Positions 38,959 to 49,408 of a stretch of DNA of 64,000 nucleotides are shown here, one piece after another. Where the stretch lies: contig SVRE01000004.1 in the NCBI GenBank assembly GCA_015065005.1, positions 1,922 to 65,921 of the forward strand, in the 5' to 3' direction. Source of the stretch: Oscillospiraceae bacterium. GTDB taxonomy: Bacteria > Bacillota > Clostridia > Oscillospirales > CAG-272. How positions within the stretch are numbered: the first letter of the stretch is position 1; each line of letters starts with the position of its first letter. Both the position numbers and the translations under genes were made by a program. The notes beneath the pieces are model-generated. The model did not search any database, was not told where the DNA came from, and saw nothing but the letters and a program-made list of their open reading frames with translations.

Positions 38959-39195
38959 ATGATTGATCTCAGCACAGTTCTCAGTAACATTGCTAAGTCA
39001 ATTGTAGACCATCCCGAACAAGTTTCTGTAACAGAACACGAAGAAGGTAATGAAATACTTTTGACTTTAAGTGTTGCCGAGGAAGATATGGGCATGATTA
39101 TTGGAAAGCGCGGCAAAATTGCCAAGGCTATCCGCACTGTAATGAGAAGCGTTGCAAAAATTGACGATAAAAAGGTTACAGTTGAAATTAAGTAA
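38959..39195 (+). CDS. KH-domain RNA-binding protein (YlqC/UPF0109)
   Basis: About 78 aa with the GMIIGKRGKIAKAIRTV KH motif. Conserved position after rpsP. Start at MIDLS follows AAGGTG. Confidence 0.85.
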   Translation: MIDLSTVLSNIAKSIVDHPEQVSVTEHEEGNEILLTLSVAEEDMGMIIGKRGKIAKAIRTVMRSVAKIDDKKVTVEIK

Positions 39196-39222
39196 AAATA
39201 GGGCTTATGCCCTATTTTTTTA
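39196..39222 (+). terminator. Intrinsic terminator of the ffh-rpsP operon
   Basis: ATAGGGC-ttat-GCCCTAT followed by 7 T. Confidence 0.85.
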
Positions 39223-39242
39223 TCTCTATTCTTCTCTTTTTG

Positions 39243-39270
39243 TTGACTTTTTAAGAATAAATGATATAAT
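39243..39270 (+). promoter_or_regulatory. Sigma-A type promoter of manA
   Basis: TTGACT, a 16-nt spacer, then TGaTATAAT (extended -10). Confidence 0.55.
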
Positions 39271-39297
39271 TAAATTATAAAAATTAAGGAGATTATT

Positions 39298-40254
39298 ATG
39301 CTAAAACCTATTAAATTAATATCTGTATTCAAAGAAATCATTTGGGGCGGAAATAGATTAAAGGAAGAATATAATAAAAAGTCCGAGCTTAATAATATAG
39401 CCGAAAGCTGGGAGCTTACAGTTCGCGAGGATGGAATGAACACAATTTCAGGTGGTGAATTTAACGGCTATACTATGGAGCAATATATAAATGAAAATGG
39501 ATTTTCTGTTGTAACTGATAAGAATTTGGACAGATTCCCTCTTTTAATTAAATTTATTGATGCTGAGGATAATTTGTCTGTTCAGGTTCATCCTGATGAT
39601 GAATATGGGTTAAAATACGCAAACAGCTTGGGTAAAACAGAAATGTGGTACATAATTGATGCAAAGCCCGGTTCACAGCTTGTATATGGCCTTAAAGAGG
39701 GTGTAACTAATGAAATGTTTGCTCAAGCCATAAAGGATGGCAAGGTTGAAGAAATGTTGAATTATGTTCCCGTCAAAAAGGGAGATGTATTTTTTATTCC
39801 TTCGGGCTTAGTACACGCTATTGGCGCCGGAATTTTGCTTGCGGAAATTCAGCAGAACTCCAACATTACATACCGCGTATATGATTATAATCGCATTGGC
39901 AAGAATGGTAAACCAAGAGATTTGCATATTAATGATGCTTTAAATGTTATTGTAAACAGAAACGAGGAAGAAATTAACCAAATAAGATATAGCAATGGTA
40001 ACGCGGATGAAAGCACTCTTGCAAATTGCGAATATTTTAAGGTTGATAGATTCGATATTGCAGGAAATGTTAAATTTAATGCAGATAAAACAAGCTTTAA
40101 TTCAGTTCTCTGCTTAGACGGAAACGGAAAAATTACATATAATGGTGAAAGCTTTGTTATTAATAAGGGCGATAGCTATTTTATCCCGGCAGGTCTTGGT
40201 GAATACTCTCTTGAGGGGAATGTAGAAGTTATTATTTCAAGTATAAATCAATAA
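39298..40254 (+). CDS. manA: Mannose-6-phosphate isomerase, class I
   Basis: 318 aa cupin with SVQVHPDD, TEMWYI and LVHAIG metal-binding motifs. Confidence 0.88.
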   Translation: MLKPIKLISVFKEIIWGGNRLKEEYNKKSELNNIAESWELTVREDGMNTISGGEFNGYTMEQYINENGFSVVTDKNLDRFPLLIKFIDAEDNLSVQVHPDDEYGLKYANSLGKTEMWYIIDAKPGSQLVYGLKEGVTNEMFAQAIKDGKVEEMLNYVPVKKGDVFFIPSGLVHAIGAGILLAEIQQNSNITYRVYDYNRIGKNGKPRDLHINDALNVIVNRNEEEINQIRYSNGNADESTLANCEYFKVDRFDIAGNVKFNADKTSFNSVLCLDGNGKITYNGESFVINKGDSYFIPAGLGEYSLEGNVEVIISSINQ

Positions 40255-40320
40255 CCACCGTGCTCCCCATAGAATTGGATTTATATGCACTGCGTTGCCG
40301 TAAAACTGATAACTAAATTT

Positions 40321-40347
40321 AGCTCCCTCTGACGAGGGAGCTGTTTT
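40321..40347 (+). terminator. Intrinsic terminator (first of two in tandem after manA)
   Basis: AGCTCCCTC-tgac-GAGGGAGCT followed by GTTTT. Confidence 0.75.
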
Positions 40348-40394
40348 AGTTTGCTTCTGCTACTTTTTTGTTTGACACCGGTAAACCTCTACGG

Positions 40395-40420
40395 AACCCC
40401 ACGATAGTCGTGGGGTTTTC
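40395..40420 (+). terminator. Second + strand terminator-like hairpin
   Basis: AACCCCACG-atagt-CGTGGGGTT followed by TTC. Confidence 0.6.
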
Positions 40421-40427
40421 TGTATAG

Positions 40428-40460
40428 AAAAAGAAAGGCAAAATTTTTGCCTTTCTTTTT
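40428..40460. terminator. Bidirectional hairpin, probably the terminator of the minus-strand operon
   Basis: AAAAAGAAAGGCAAAA-TTTTTGCCTTTCTTTTT. Confidence 0.7.
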
Positions 40461-40530
40461 AAGATAATTGTTTTAATTTGTCTTCAAAGAAGATAATATT
40501 ATTTGGTTTTTGTGTCCTTATGGTTTTTAA

Positions 40531-41931
40531 TTATTGTGTGTTAGCAAGCGACCATTCCACCTTTTCGCCAGATATAACAACTTCCTCTTCTTCGTAAATA
40601 GCAAATTTGTTATTTTTTAAATTTCTAATATATTCGCTGTCGTTCGACGTGCCCTTGATATGAATTTTAAATTTTGTTATTTTGTCCTGAGCAATTTGAC
40701 AAACAATAATTTGATGACATTCCCCTACATTGTTATCAATCGTGTCTCCACCATCAACAAACAATCTTATTGTGCCTTCTGGGCATTCCTTGCTCATTCC
40801 GTAACTTTCAAAAATTGAGTTTACGAGTTCATCTCTTGTTCCCTGTTGATTTTCATAAAATGTATATATAAATTCTTTTCTTGTGCTTGTGATTTTAATA
40901 TTTGTTTTATTTAGAAAATCAGGTATTGAAATATTGTTATCAAGCAATGCTCTCACAAAATGATAACCTTCATCACCATTTCCTTGATATTTGACAAATA
41001 AGCCAATTTCGTTTATTTCAGTTTCACCTTTAATAATCCATTCTGCAGAAATAATTTTTTCTTGATTAAAATTGATAGGAAAGCACCTGTTAATCATTTT
41101 TCTATAACACGTTTCATTTAAGATTTCATTAACCTTGTCACCGTATTCTTCTACAAGCTGGGCAACCGTAGTTGGAATAAATGTTTCCGACTCATAATCG
41201 TCAATTTCAATCTTAGTTTCGCCCAATTGATTTTCAATAATCTCATCGATTTGAGTTTGAATTATTGAATCCTCATTTTTATACTCTTCTTTTGCATCAA
41301 AAGAAAGTACACTCTGGCTGTCAATCACAACCATAGTTTCTTCAGCATTCCCATCAATAAGGTCTTGAATTTCAATTGGATTTGAAAAATCTATAGTAGC
41401 AATCTTGAGTTCTCTTGTCGTTTCTCCTGTTTTCACAACATTAGCAACAACTACGCTTGTGATTTGCCCATCTTCATTTATTTTATAAGAGAAGCTTGTA
41501 CTAAGCGCATTATCAATATATGAAATCTTGTCAATATTGGAAGATGCAAAATTGTTTGCAATTTCACTATATTCACTCAAAAGCTCTTCAAGTGTAGTCT
41601 TTTCTTCTGTTATTCCTTCGTCAGGTTTTTGGTTATCAATTTTTGAGCCAACCACTTCACTATCAATGGTTGAAGAATTTGGCAAATCAGAGGAGCTTGG
41701 ATAGTCGAATGAAGAGGCAGTTGTGCTGTATGGAGGCTTAGATTCAGTTGAAGACGTATTGTTTTTATCACCACAAGATGCAAGCCCAAGACTTGTTCCG
41801 ATAAGCATTGCACCAATGGTCAAATAAGCACCATCTTTAACAAAAAAGCTTTTAATCTTGCTTGCCATTGAATGTTTGTGAAAAGCTTGTCCTTTTAACA
41901 TCTCTTTTTGCTCTAAGCTTCTGCCTTTCAT
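40531..41931 (-). CDS. Hypothetical lipoprotein (466 aa)
   Basis: AGGAGGGGG RBS. TM/signal segment ending in lipobox LASC, then a Ser/Thr/Pro-rich linker and an acidic domain. No family recognised. Confidence 0.65.
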   Translation of the reverse strand: MKGRSLEQKEMLKGQAFHKHSMASKIKSFFVKDGAYLTIGAMLIGTSLGLASCGDKNNTSSTESKPPYSTTASSFDYPSSSDLPNSSTIDSEVVGSKIDNQKPDEGITEEKTTLEELLSEYSEIANNFASSNIDKISYIDNALSTSFSYKINEDGQITSVVVANVVKTGETTRELKIATIDFSNPIEIQDLIDGNAEETMVVIDSQSVLSFDAKEEYKNEDSIIQTQIDEIIENQLGETKIEIDDYESETFIPTTVAQLVEEYGDKVNEILNETCYRKMINRCFPINFNQEKIISAEWIIKGETEINEIGLFVKYQGNGDEGYHFVRALLDNNISIPDFLNKTNIKITSTRKEFIYTFYENQQGTRDELVNSIFESYGMSKECPEGTIRLFVDGGDTIDNNVGECHQIIVCQIAQDKITKFKIHIKGTSNDSEYIRNLKNNKFAIYEEEEVVISGEKVEWSLANTQ

Positions 41932-41949
41932 AACCCCCTCCTATTTATG

Positions 41950-42678
41950 TTAATCGCAATTTTCCCAGTTATGGTAAACCTCTGTTACATCGTCATTGTC
42001 CTCAAGATGCTCGATAAGGAGTCCCATATACTTAATATCATCCTCTGATGTAAGAGTAACGTAGTTTGAAGGGATTTTATCGTGCTCACTTGAAGCACAC
42101 TTGAATCCTGCAGCCTCAATAGCTTCTGCAACAGCTTCTAAATCAGCATCCTCGGTATAAATAATGTACGCATCCTCGTCTGAGATAAAATCGGCAGCAC
42201 CAGCCTCTAAGGAAGCTTCCATAAGTGCATCCTCGTCATAACCCTCTTCCTTGGAAATCATAATTACGCCCTTATCCTCGAAAAGATAACCAACGCAGCC
42301 TGTTGTGCCAAGATTGCCCTTATATTTGCTAAAATATGAACGGATTTCCGGTGTGGTACGGTTTGTATTATCAGTAGCGGCGGTTACAATTACTGCAACG
42401 CCACCCGGACCGTAGCCCTCATATCTCATTTCTTCCAATGCGGCAGAATCCGCAGAGCTTGCCTTTTTAATTGTTCTTTCAATGTTATCATTAGGAACGT
42501 TATTAGCCTTAGCCTTAGCAATTAACTGTGCAAGCTTGGAGTTGGTTGTTGGATCAGGACCGCCAGCTTTTACAGCAATAGCCATTTCCTTACCGATTTT
42601 TGTAAAGATCTTTGCTTTTTGAGCATCGGTCTTTTCTTTTTTATGCATTATATTTTTCCATTTACTATGTCCGGACAT
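41950..42678 (-). CDS. yebC: YebC/PmpR-family transcriptional regulator
   Basis: MSGHSKWKNIMHKK N-terminus. 242 aa. Confidence 0.93.
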   Translation of the reverse strand: MSGHSKWKNIMHKKEKTDAQKAKIFTKIGKEMAIAVKAGGPDPTTNSKLAQLIAKAKANNVPNDNIERTIKKASSADSAALEEMRYEGYGPGGVAVIVTAATDNTNRTTPEIRSYFSKYKGNLGTTGCVGYLFEDKGVIMISKEEGYDEDALMEASLEAGAADFISDEDAYIIYTEDADLEAVAEAIEAAGFKCASSEHDKIPSNYVTLTSEDDIKYMGLLIEHLEDNDDVTEVYHNWENCD

Positions 42679-42692
42679 AAATTACCTCATAA

Positions 42693-44408
42693 TTAAATTT
42701 TTTCTGTTTTTTTCATGCATATAAGACCAAATGCTGTACCTAATACGGTTTTTGTAGCCTGTGTTAATCTTATACGTGTATTTCTTACATTAATATCATC
42801 AGCGGTAGCAATTTGACAGTTGTGATAAAACTTATTAAATGCTGAACAAATATCAATAATATATCTTGTTATAACTGATGGCTCATATTCTTTAATAGCC
42901 TCATTTACCGCCTCATTGAATTTAGACAAAATCTTTAATAAGTCAGCTTCTTCGCTTGTAGTAATAGTTGGCTCTGTTTCGTTTACATTTATTCCGCTTG
43001 CTTTTTCAAGTATGCCGCAGGTGCGCGCATAAGTATACTGAGCATATGGACCTGTATTGCCTTCAAAGCTAAGCGCATCCTTCATAATGAAGTTGATATC
43101 CTTAATTCTATTGTTATAAAGATAATAGAATACAACGGAGCCGACACCAACCGCCTCGCTAACCTCTTCCTTATTTGGAAGGTTAGGATTTTTTTCATTA
43201 ATGATTTCACTAACCTTTTCAATAGCAGTAGCGAATAAATCCTTTAAAAGAATTACATTGCCTGTCCTTGTTGCAAGCTTTTCACCATTAATGCTAACGG
43301 TACCGTATGGAACGTGTACAAGCTGATTATACCAATCATAGCCCATCATTTCAACAACCTTAAACCATTGCGCAAAGTGCAATGACTGTCCCGCTGAGGT
43401 TACATAAATGCACTTATCAAACTTGTATTCATTTTTGCGATATACAGCGGCAGCTATATCTCTTGTAGGATATAATGTAGAGCCATCCTTTTTTAAAATA
43501 AGGCACGGAGGCATATTATATTCAGATAAATCAACAATAGAAGCCCCATCATCGATTTTAAGAAGACCGCTATTTCTAAGCTTTTCTACCTGTGCAGGCA
43601 TTTTGTCTGTATAAAAGCTTTCGCCCTTATAGCTGTCAAATTCAATGCCTAATTGCTTATATGTCTTTTTATATTCATTTAAGCTGATGTCAACAAACCA
43701 TTTCCAAAGTTGAATATTTGTTTCGTCATGATGCTCAAGCTTAGTAAATTCATCACGCGCCCTTTGATTTAAGCTTTTATCCTTCTCTGCTTCGTTATGG
43801 AATTTAACATAGAGAGAAACAAGCTCATCTACTCCGCCCTTTTCAACAGCATCCTTGCTACCCCAAAGATTATAAGCAACAATCAGCTTGCCAAATTGAG
43901 TTCCCCAGTCACCTAAATAGTTAATTCCAACACAATCGTAGCCTTGAAACTCGTGTAGCATTTTCAAGGAATGTCCGATTACGGTTGTTCCGAGATGACC
44001 AATATGGAATGGCTTAGCCACATTTGGAGAAGAATAATCAAAAACCGCTACCTTACCCTTACCAGAGCCATCAGAACCGTATTTTTCACCCTTTTCTTCA
44101 ATTTTGAGTAAAACATTCTTTATTAAATATTCGTTGGAAACAAATATGTTTAAATAACCGTTTACTGCCTCAGCCTTTGATACTACCTCTGAGCTAAAAG
44201 CTTCCGATATTTCTTTTGCTATAACGGGGGGTGCTTTTCTTAAAAGTCTGCTTAATTTGAAGCAAGGAAAAGCAATATCACCTAAATTAGAATCAGGCGG
44301 ATATTCAAACATAGCTAAAACATCATCTTTAGTAAGCGCTATATCACTTGAGAGCTTGTTTATGCAATTTAGCAAATCAGCAGCAACGGTATTTTTAAAA
44401 TTATACAT
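42693..44408 (-). CDS. argS: Arginyl-tRNA synthetase
   Basis: 571 aa with HIGH-type motif PFHIGHLG and a DALR anticodon-binding-like C-terminus. Confidence 0.95.
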   Translation of the reverse strand: MYNFKNTVAADLLNCINKLSSDIALTKDDVLAMFEYPPDSNLGDIAFPCFKLSRLLRKAPPVIAKEISEAFSSEVVSKAEAVNGYLNIFVSNEYLIKNVLLKIEEKGEKYGSDGSGKGKVAVFDYSSPNVAKPFHIGHLGTTVIGHSLKMLHEFQGYDCVGINYLGDWGTQFGKLIVAYNLWGSKDAVEKGGVDELVSLYVKFHNEAEKDKSLNQRARDEFTKLEHHDETNIQLWKWFVDISLNEYKKTYKQLGIEFDSYKGESFYTDKMPAQVEKLRNSGLLKIDDGASIVDLSEYNMPPCLILKKDGSTLYPTRDIAAAVYRKNEYKFDKCIYVTSAGQSLHFAQWFKVVEMMGYDWYNQLVHVPYGTVSINGEKLATRTGNVILLKDLFATAIEKVSEIINEKNPNLPNKEEVSEAVGVGSVVFYYLYNNRIKDINFIMKDALSFEGNTGPYAQYTYARTCGILEKASGINVNETEPTITTSEEADLLKILSKFNEAVNEAIKEYEPSVITRYIIDICSAFNKFYHNCQIATADDINVRNTRIRLTQATKTVLGTAFGLICMKKTEKI

Positions 44409-44425
44409 TGTTAATTATCCTTTGT

Positions 44426-45535
44426 TTATTCAGACTGTGATTCAGTATGCTTGTCATGCAAAGCGCGAATTTTCTGTACAGGGTTAAGAAGATCGCTAAT
44501 TGAAGCATCCTTGTTAATGGTATCAATGATATATGATACGTATTTACTCATATTAACGTCACAATACCAATCTCTTGAAAGAATTTCCTTTGTGTGATAT
44601 GTGAGGTTAGTAGCAAATATCTTGTCAAAAATTCCCTCTTCATAAGCCTTATCAAACTTTTCAAGACCATTGCAGAAAAGTGCAAATGTAGCAAATACGA
44701 ATACTCGCTTTGCACCTCTTTCTTTTAACTGAAGTGCTACGTCAATCATAGAATCACCGGAGGAAATCATATCGTCAACTACAATAACATCCTTACCGGA
44801 TAAATCTCTACCAAGATATTCGTGAGCTTCGATTGGGTTTTTACCGTCAACGATTATTGAATAATTACGTCTTTTATAGAACATACCAAGCTCAATGCCG
44901 AGCACAGAGGCAATATACATTGAACGGCCGATAGCGCCTTCATCAGGAGATACTACCATAATATTATCCTTATCAAGAACAACATCAGGTACATTTTTCA
45001 CAAGCGCCTTAAGCATTTGATATGTAGGTCTAACGCTATCAAATCCATTTAGAGGAATAGCGTTTTGTACTCTTGGGTCGTGTGCATCAAAAGTAATGAT
45101 ATTAGTAACACCCATGGAGGTAAGCTCTTGCAAAGCCAATGCACAGTCAAGAGACTCTCTTGCAGAGCGCTTATGTTGTCTACCTTCGTAAAGCATAGGC
45201 ATTATCACGCTGATTCTACGTGTTTTGCCACCGGTTGCAGCGATAATTCTTTTTAAATCCTGAAAATGATCATCAGGACTCATAGGAACCTGCATACCAT
45301 ACATTTTATATGTAACGCCATAGTTAAAGCAATCGGAAATAATGTAAAGATCCAAGCCTCTCATAGATTCATTAATCAACGCCTTAGCTTCGCCGGAGCC
45401 AAATCTTGGACATTGCGCGCTTACAACAAAAGATTTGTCACTACCTCTTATTTGCTTTAAATAGCTGTCAACCTGAGCTGTAAATTCCTCACAGCCTCTC
45501 ATACCAATTACTTTTAATTCACCATTAAAATTCAT
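44426..45535 (-). CDS. prs: Ribose-phosphate diphosphokinase family protein (long ~370-aa form)
   Basis: PRPP-binding loop VIVVDDMISSGDS and TFDAHD motif. Confidence 0.8.
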   Translation of the reverse strand: MNFNGELKVIGMRGCEEFTAQVDSYLKQIRGSDKSFVVSAQCPRFGSGEAKALINESMRGLDLYIISDCFNYGVTYKMYGMQVPMSPDDHFQDLKRIIAATGGKTRRISVIMPMLYEGRQHKRSARESLDCALALQELTSMGVTNIITFDAHDPRVQNAIPLNGFDSVRPTYQMLKALVKNVPDVVLDKDNIMVVSPDEGAIGRSMYIASVLGIELGMFYKRRNYSIIVDGKNPIEAHEYLGRDLSGKDVIVVDDMISSGDSMIDVALQLKERGAKRVFVFATFALFCNGLEKFDKAYEEGIFDKIFATNLTYHTKEILSRDWYCDVNMSKYVSYIIDTINKDASISDLLNPVQKIRALHDKHTESQSE

Positions 45536-45563
45536 TATAAACCCCCGTTGTGCTTAAGTAAAT

Positions 45564-46601
45564 TTATTTTGTTACGGTAATTTTCGCAATAACATTAGAT
45601 TTATCAGGGTCAATGCCCTTTGCCAAAACTAATTCAAGTGCTATCATCTGTACTGCAATAGCAAATATGAAAGGAATTGTAAATTCACTGTTAGTGTTGG
45701 AAATTTTTATGTTATGGTTTCCGTATAAAAGCTCTTCCTTATCGGAAATTATTACAGTTCTTGCCCCAACCGCCTTAAGCTTTTCTATCATTTTTATTGA
45801 ATCGTTTTCCATTATGCCGCTTTGGGCCAAAACGATTGCAAGGTCACTATTATGTAACTGCGCCACAGGACCGTGGTAAAAGTCAGATATAGGATAACCT
45901 TTAACCTTCATTTTATTCGTTTCGAGTATCTTTAAAGCACCCTCAAGTGCAATTGCATAAGAAAGTCCCCTGCCAAGCACAACGCCTTCTTTATAGTCAA
46001 GTAAGCTTTTAACTATTTCTGCAATACTGTCCTTCAAATAATTCAAAGCTTCATCAATTTGAGATGGAACGGCACCCAAAGCCTTAATTAACTCGTTATT
46101 TTGACTCCATTCAGCACATAATAATGCCAACAGATACATTTGTGATGTAAAGGTTTTTGTAGCTGCTATACTCTTTTCTTCACCTGCGTTACAGAAAAGA
46201 TGATATTTTGCTGTATTTGCTAGCAAAGAAGTTTCATAGTTAGTTATAGCAAGTGTTGTAATTCCCTGTCGATTAGCACTTTCTAAAACCGCATTTACAT
46301 CTTCTGCTCGACCTGATTGTGAAACACCAATTACCAAAGAATTGTTAAATTTAATTTCGGAATTATACTGTGTTACAACAGAAGGTATGCCAAGAGTGCA
46401 TGGAATCCCAAGAACTATGCCAAATAAATATTGAGCATAAATGCAAGCGTGATCTGATGTTCCGCGAGCAACAAAATATACATTATTTATATTTTTTTCT
46501 TTAATTTCTTCAACTAATGTTTTGAGAACAGCAATGTTTTTATCTTTCAATGAAGCTAAAACAGCCGGTTGCTCTCTAATTTCTTTTTCAAGATTTATCA
46601 T
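45564..46601 (-). CDS. Double SIS-domain sugar-phosphate isomerase/amidotransferase-like protein
   Basis: GTSDHA and GVSQSGRAEDV SIS motifs. 345 aa, like the GlmS C-terminal half or AgaS. Confidence 0.75.
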   Translation of the reverse strand: MINLEKEIREQPAVLASLKDKNIAVLKTLVEEIKEKNINNVYFVARGTSDHACIYAQYLFGIVLGIPCTLGIPSVVTQYNSEIKFNNSLVIGVSQSGRAEDVNAVLESANRQGITTLAITNYETSLLANTAKYHLFCNAGEEKSIAATKTFTSQMYLLALLCAEWSQNNELIKALGAVPSQIDEALNYLKDSIAEIVKSLLDYKEGVVLGRGLSYAIALEGALKILETNKMKVKGYPISDFYHGPVAQLHNSDLAIVLAQSGIMENDSIKMIEKLKAVGARTVIISDKEELLYGNHNIKISNTNSEFTIPFIFAIAVQMIALELVLAKGIDPDKSNVIAKITVTK

Positions 46602-46613
46602 TATAGCCCTCGC

Positions 46614-47867
46614 TTATCTCTTTGATAAAACTTCTTGTTCGTAAGTCTTTACTTCCTTTAACCAATCGTAACCGGTTGGAACGCCACATTCTTGACAGTA
46701 TTTTTGCCATACTGCAGTAAATGGATATGATTTTAAAGTTTCAAGTAACGCTAAGCGTGAAGTGTAGTCCATTTCAAGCTCGTATTTCTTTAACAGCTCT
46801 GTTGGCTCAAGCATAGCATACAAAAGTGCTTTTTCTAAGTTTCTTGCGCCTATCGCCCAAGCAGCAACTCTGTTAATGCTGGCATCAAAGAAATCAAGTC
46901 CTATGAATATTCTATCTAGCTCATTACTTCTTACGATTTCTTGCGCTATAGCCTTTAATTCATCATCAAAAATAACCACATGGTCGCTATCCCATCTAAC
47001 AGGACGAGAAACGTGAAGCAATAGGCCCGGTGTGAATTGCAGTGCAGTGCTTATTTTATCGGAAATTACCTCTGTAGGATGGAAGTGTCCTGCGTCAAGA
47101 GTCAGATATTGTCCCTTTTTTGCACAATATCCAAGGTAAAAATCATTTGAACCGATAGTGCAGCTTTCAGCACCAATACCAAATACTTTTCCTTCTAGAG
47201 CAGCAACGTTATATTTTGGATCAACAGGAACTGCAAAAATTTGATCGAGTGAATCCTCAAGTCTCTTTCTATAGCCATTTCTATCTACAGGAATGTCCTT
47301 GAATCCATCAGGAATCCAGTAGTTACTTGCACATACCTCGCCCATTTCCTTACCAATGTATTCAGCGATTTTTCTTGTTGCAATTACGTGGTCAATCCAA
47401 AACTTACGAATTTTTTCATCGTGATGGCTAAGTGTAAAGCCATCTTCTGAGTAAGGATGAGAAAAGCAGGTTGGGTCAAGGTTGACACCGTATCCCTTCT
47501 CTTTCGCCCATTTAATCCAAACATCGTAATGCTCAGGCTTGATTTGGTCTCTCGGGATAGATTCGCCTTTATTGTCAAGATAAATAGCATGTAAACAAAT
47601 CTTCTTTTTACCCGGAATAAGAGTTGCTGCTTTGTCAAAGTCAGCCTGTAATTCTTCAATGTTACGTGCAGCTCCTGGGTAGTTACCCGTTGTTTGGATA
47701 CCGCCTGTTAAAGGTCCTTTACTTTCGAAACCTTTAACATCATCACCCTGCCAACACTGGATTGAAATTGGAATATTCTTAAGCCTTTCAATAACCGCAT
47801 CAGTGTCAATACCGAATTCAGCATAGGCTTTTTTAGCTAATTCATACATTTCATTAATGTTTTCCAT
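46614..47867 (-). CDS. rhaA: L-rhamnose isomerase
   Basis: Extensive recognisable identity to E. coli RhaA (CWQGDDV, LTGGIQTTGNYPG, DQIKPEH, LDAGHFHPTEVISDKIS, LLLHVSRPVRWDSDHVV, GLDFFDASINR). Confidence 0.95.
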   Translation of the reverse strand: MENINEMYELAKKAYAEFGIDTDAVIERLKNIPISIQCWQGDDVKGFESKGPLTGGIQTTGNYPGAARNIEELQADFDKAATLIPGKKKICLHAIYLDNKGESIPRDQIKPEHYDVWIKWAKEKGYGVNLDPTCFSHPYSEDGFTLSHHDEKIRKFWIDHVIATRKIAEYIGKEMGEVCASNYWIPDGFKDIPVDRNGYRKRLEDSLDQIFAVPVDPKYNVAALEGKVFGIGAESCTIGSNDFYLGYCAKKGQYLTLDAGHFHPTEVISDKISTALQFTPGLLLHVSRPVRWDSDHVVIFDDELKAIAQEIVRSNELDRIFIGLDFFDASINRVAAWAIGARNLEKALLYAMLEPTELLKKYELEMDYTSRLALLETLKSYPFTAVWQKYCQECGVPTGYDWLKEVKTYEQEVLSKR

Positions 47868-47868
47868 A

Positions 47869-49353
47869 TCACACCTCTTTACAAATATTTAAATATCTGT
47901 TATAAGCTTCATCCCACGCATCAGAGTGGTTTGCTTCATAAACTTTAACATCAAAAGAATCTCTTATTATTTCTCTCGCTTCAGCAATATCTTTAATTTC
48001 GCCTGTGGCTATAGTTTGCATTGCGATATTACCAATAGCAGTAGCCTCAACAGGACCGGCATAAACAGTTCTGTTAGAAGCATCAGCAGCCCATTGGCAA
48101 AGAATTTTTTCTTTTGTACCGCCGCCAACAATGTTTATAGAGTTATATTTTTTGTTAGTCATATTTTCGATGCTTTCAATTGTGTGTCTGTAGCATAAAA
48201 CAAGGCTTTCAAAAATACAACGTACAATTTCGCCAACTGTTTGCGGAACATACTGACCTGTTTTTTGACAAAATTCTCTTATTCTGCCCGGCATATCGCC
48301 AGATGGCGAGAAAAGTGTGTCATTAGGGTCAATGAAGCAAGCAAATGGCTTTGCCTGCAAAGCAAGCTCAGTAAGCTCATCAAATGAATAAACTGCGCCT
48401 TCTCTTTTCCACTGCCTTCTTGACTCCTGCTCGAGCCAAAGACCCATAATATTCTTTAAGAACCTGATTTTACCGCCTGCGCCACCTTCATTGGTGAAAT
48501 TATAGCGCATAGATTCAGCATTAATTACAGGCTCATCGTTCTCTACACCCATAAGTGACCAAGTACCGCTACTTATGTATACAAAATCATCGCCGCGCTT
48601 TGCGGGAACAGCGATAACCGCACTTGCAGTATCATGAGCGGCAATGTTTACAACATTTGCCCTAATATCACCAAGCTCAGAAATAAGGGCAGGTGTTAGC
48701 TTACCAATTTTATGTCCTGGCATCACTACCTCAGAGAAAAGGTTTTCTCTAATTCCGAACTTTTTAAGAAGCTCCTTGGAGATTTCTCTTTTCTTTGCAT
48801 CTAAAACAGCGCCTGTTGAAGCAATTGTGTATTCTGTAAACTTTTGACCTGTTAAGAAATAGTTAAGAAGGTCGGGAGTAAACAATAGTCTTTCTGCATT
48901 TTCTACAATATACGGTCTGTCTCTTAAATCAGCAGCCAACTGGTATATGGTATTGAAGTTCATAGTTTGAATACCGGTTATACCGTAAAGCTTTTCAAAC
49001 GGTACAGTCTTAAAGGCATATGGCTGAATACCGTCAGTCCTTGAATCACGATAATGATAAGGATTGGCCATTAATGCACCGTTTTTATCAATATATCCGT
49101 AGTCAACACCCCATGTATCAATACCGATGCTTACAATATCTTTGTCATCAGACAGCGCACACTTAGATATGGACGCTTTAATTTCGTGAAAAATCCTTAA
49201 AATATCCCAATTGAAATTACCGTTTGTATTAACAGGCTCATTTGGAAAACGATGATTTTCGTTAATTTCAAATTTTTTGCCATCGAATGCGCCTACGATT
49301 CCGCGTCCGCTTGATGCGCCAAGGTCAATGGCTAACATTTTTAATTTTGACAT
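47869..49353 (-). CDS. rhaB: Rhamnulokinase (FGGY family)
   Basis: N-terminus DLGASSGR, with FGGY-kinase motifs (GIDTWGVDY, GGGTKEKILCQW). Lies 1 nt upstream of rhaA. Confidence 0.9.
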   Translation of the reverse strand: MSKLKMLAIDLGASSGRGIVGAFDGKKFEINENHRFPNEPVNTNGNFNWDILRIFHEIKASISKCALSDDKDIVSIGIDTWGVDYGYIDKNGALMANPYHYRDSRTDGIQPYAFKTVPFEKLYGITGIQTMNFNTIYQLAADLRDRPYIVENAERLLFTPDLLNYFLTGQKFTEYTIASTGAVLDAKKREISKELLKKFGIRENLFSEVVMPGHKIGKLTPALISELGDIRANVVNIAAHDTASAVIAVPAKRGDDFVYISSGTWSLMGVENDEPVINAESMRYNFTNEGGAGGKIRFLKNIMGLWLEQESRRQWKREGAVYSFDELTELALQAKPFACFIDPNDTLFSPSGDMPGRIREFCQKTGQYVPQTVGEIVRCIFESLVLCYRHTIESIENMTNKKYNSINIVGGGTKEKILCQWAADASNRTVYAGPVEATAIGNIAMQTIATGEIKDIAEAREIIRDSFDVKVYEANHSDAWDEAYNRYLNICKEV

Positions 49354-49408
49354 ATCATTTATCCTTTCAATGTACTAATTTAGAAGAAAGATATAACTCA
49401 TCGCTAAT

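Noticed and set aside
40256-40320. Possible repeat family linking 40256-40310 with 36584-36630 (shared GCTCCCC and TGCCGTA-AAAC strings at similar spacing).
   Set aside because: Only two 7-nt matches with non-identical spacing (23 versus 27 nt), which is compatible with chance. It needs a genome-wide repeat search before any claim.
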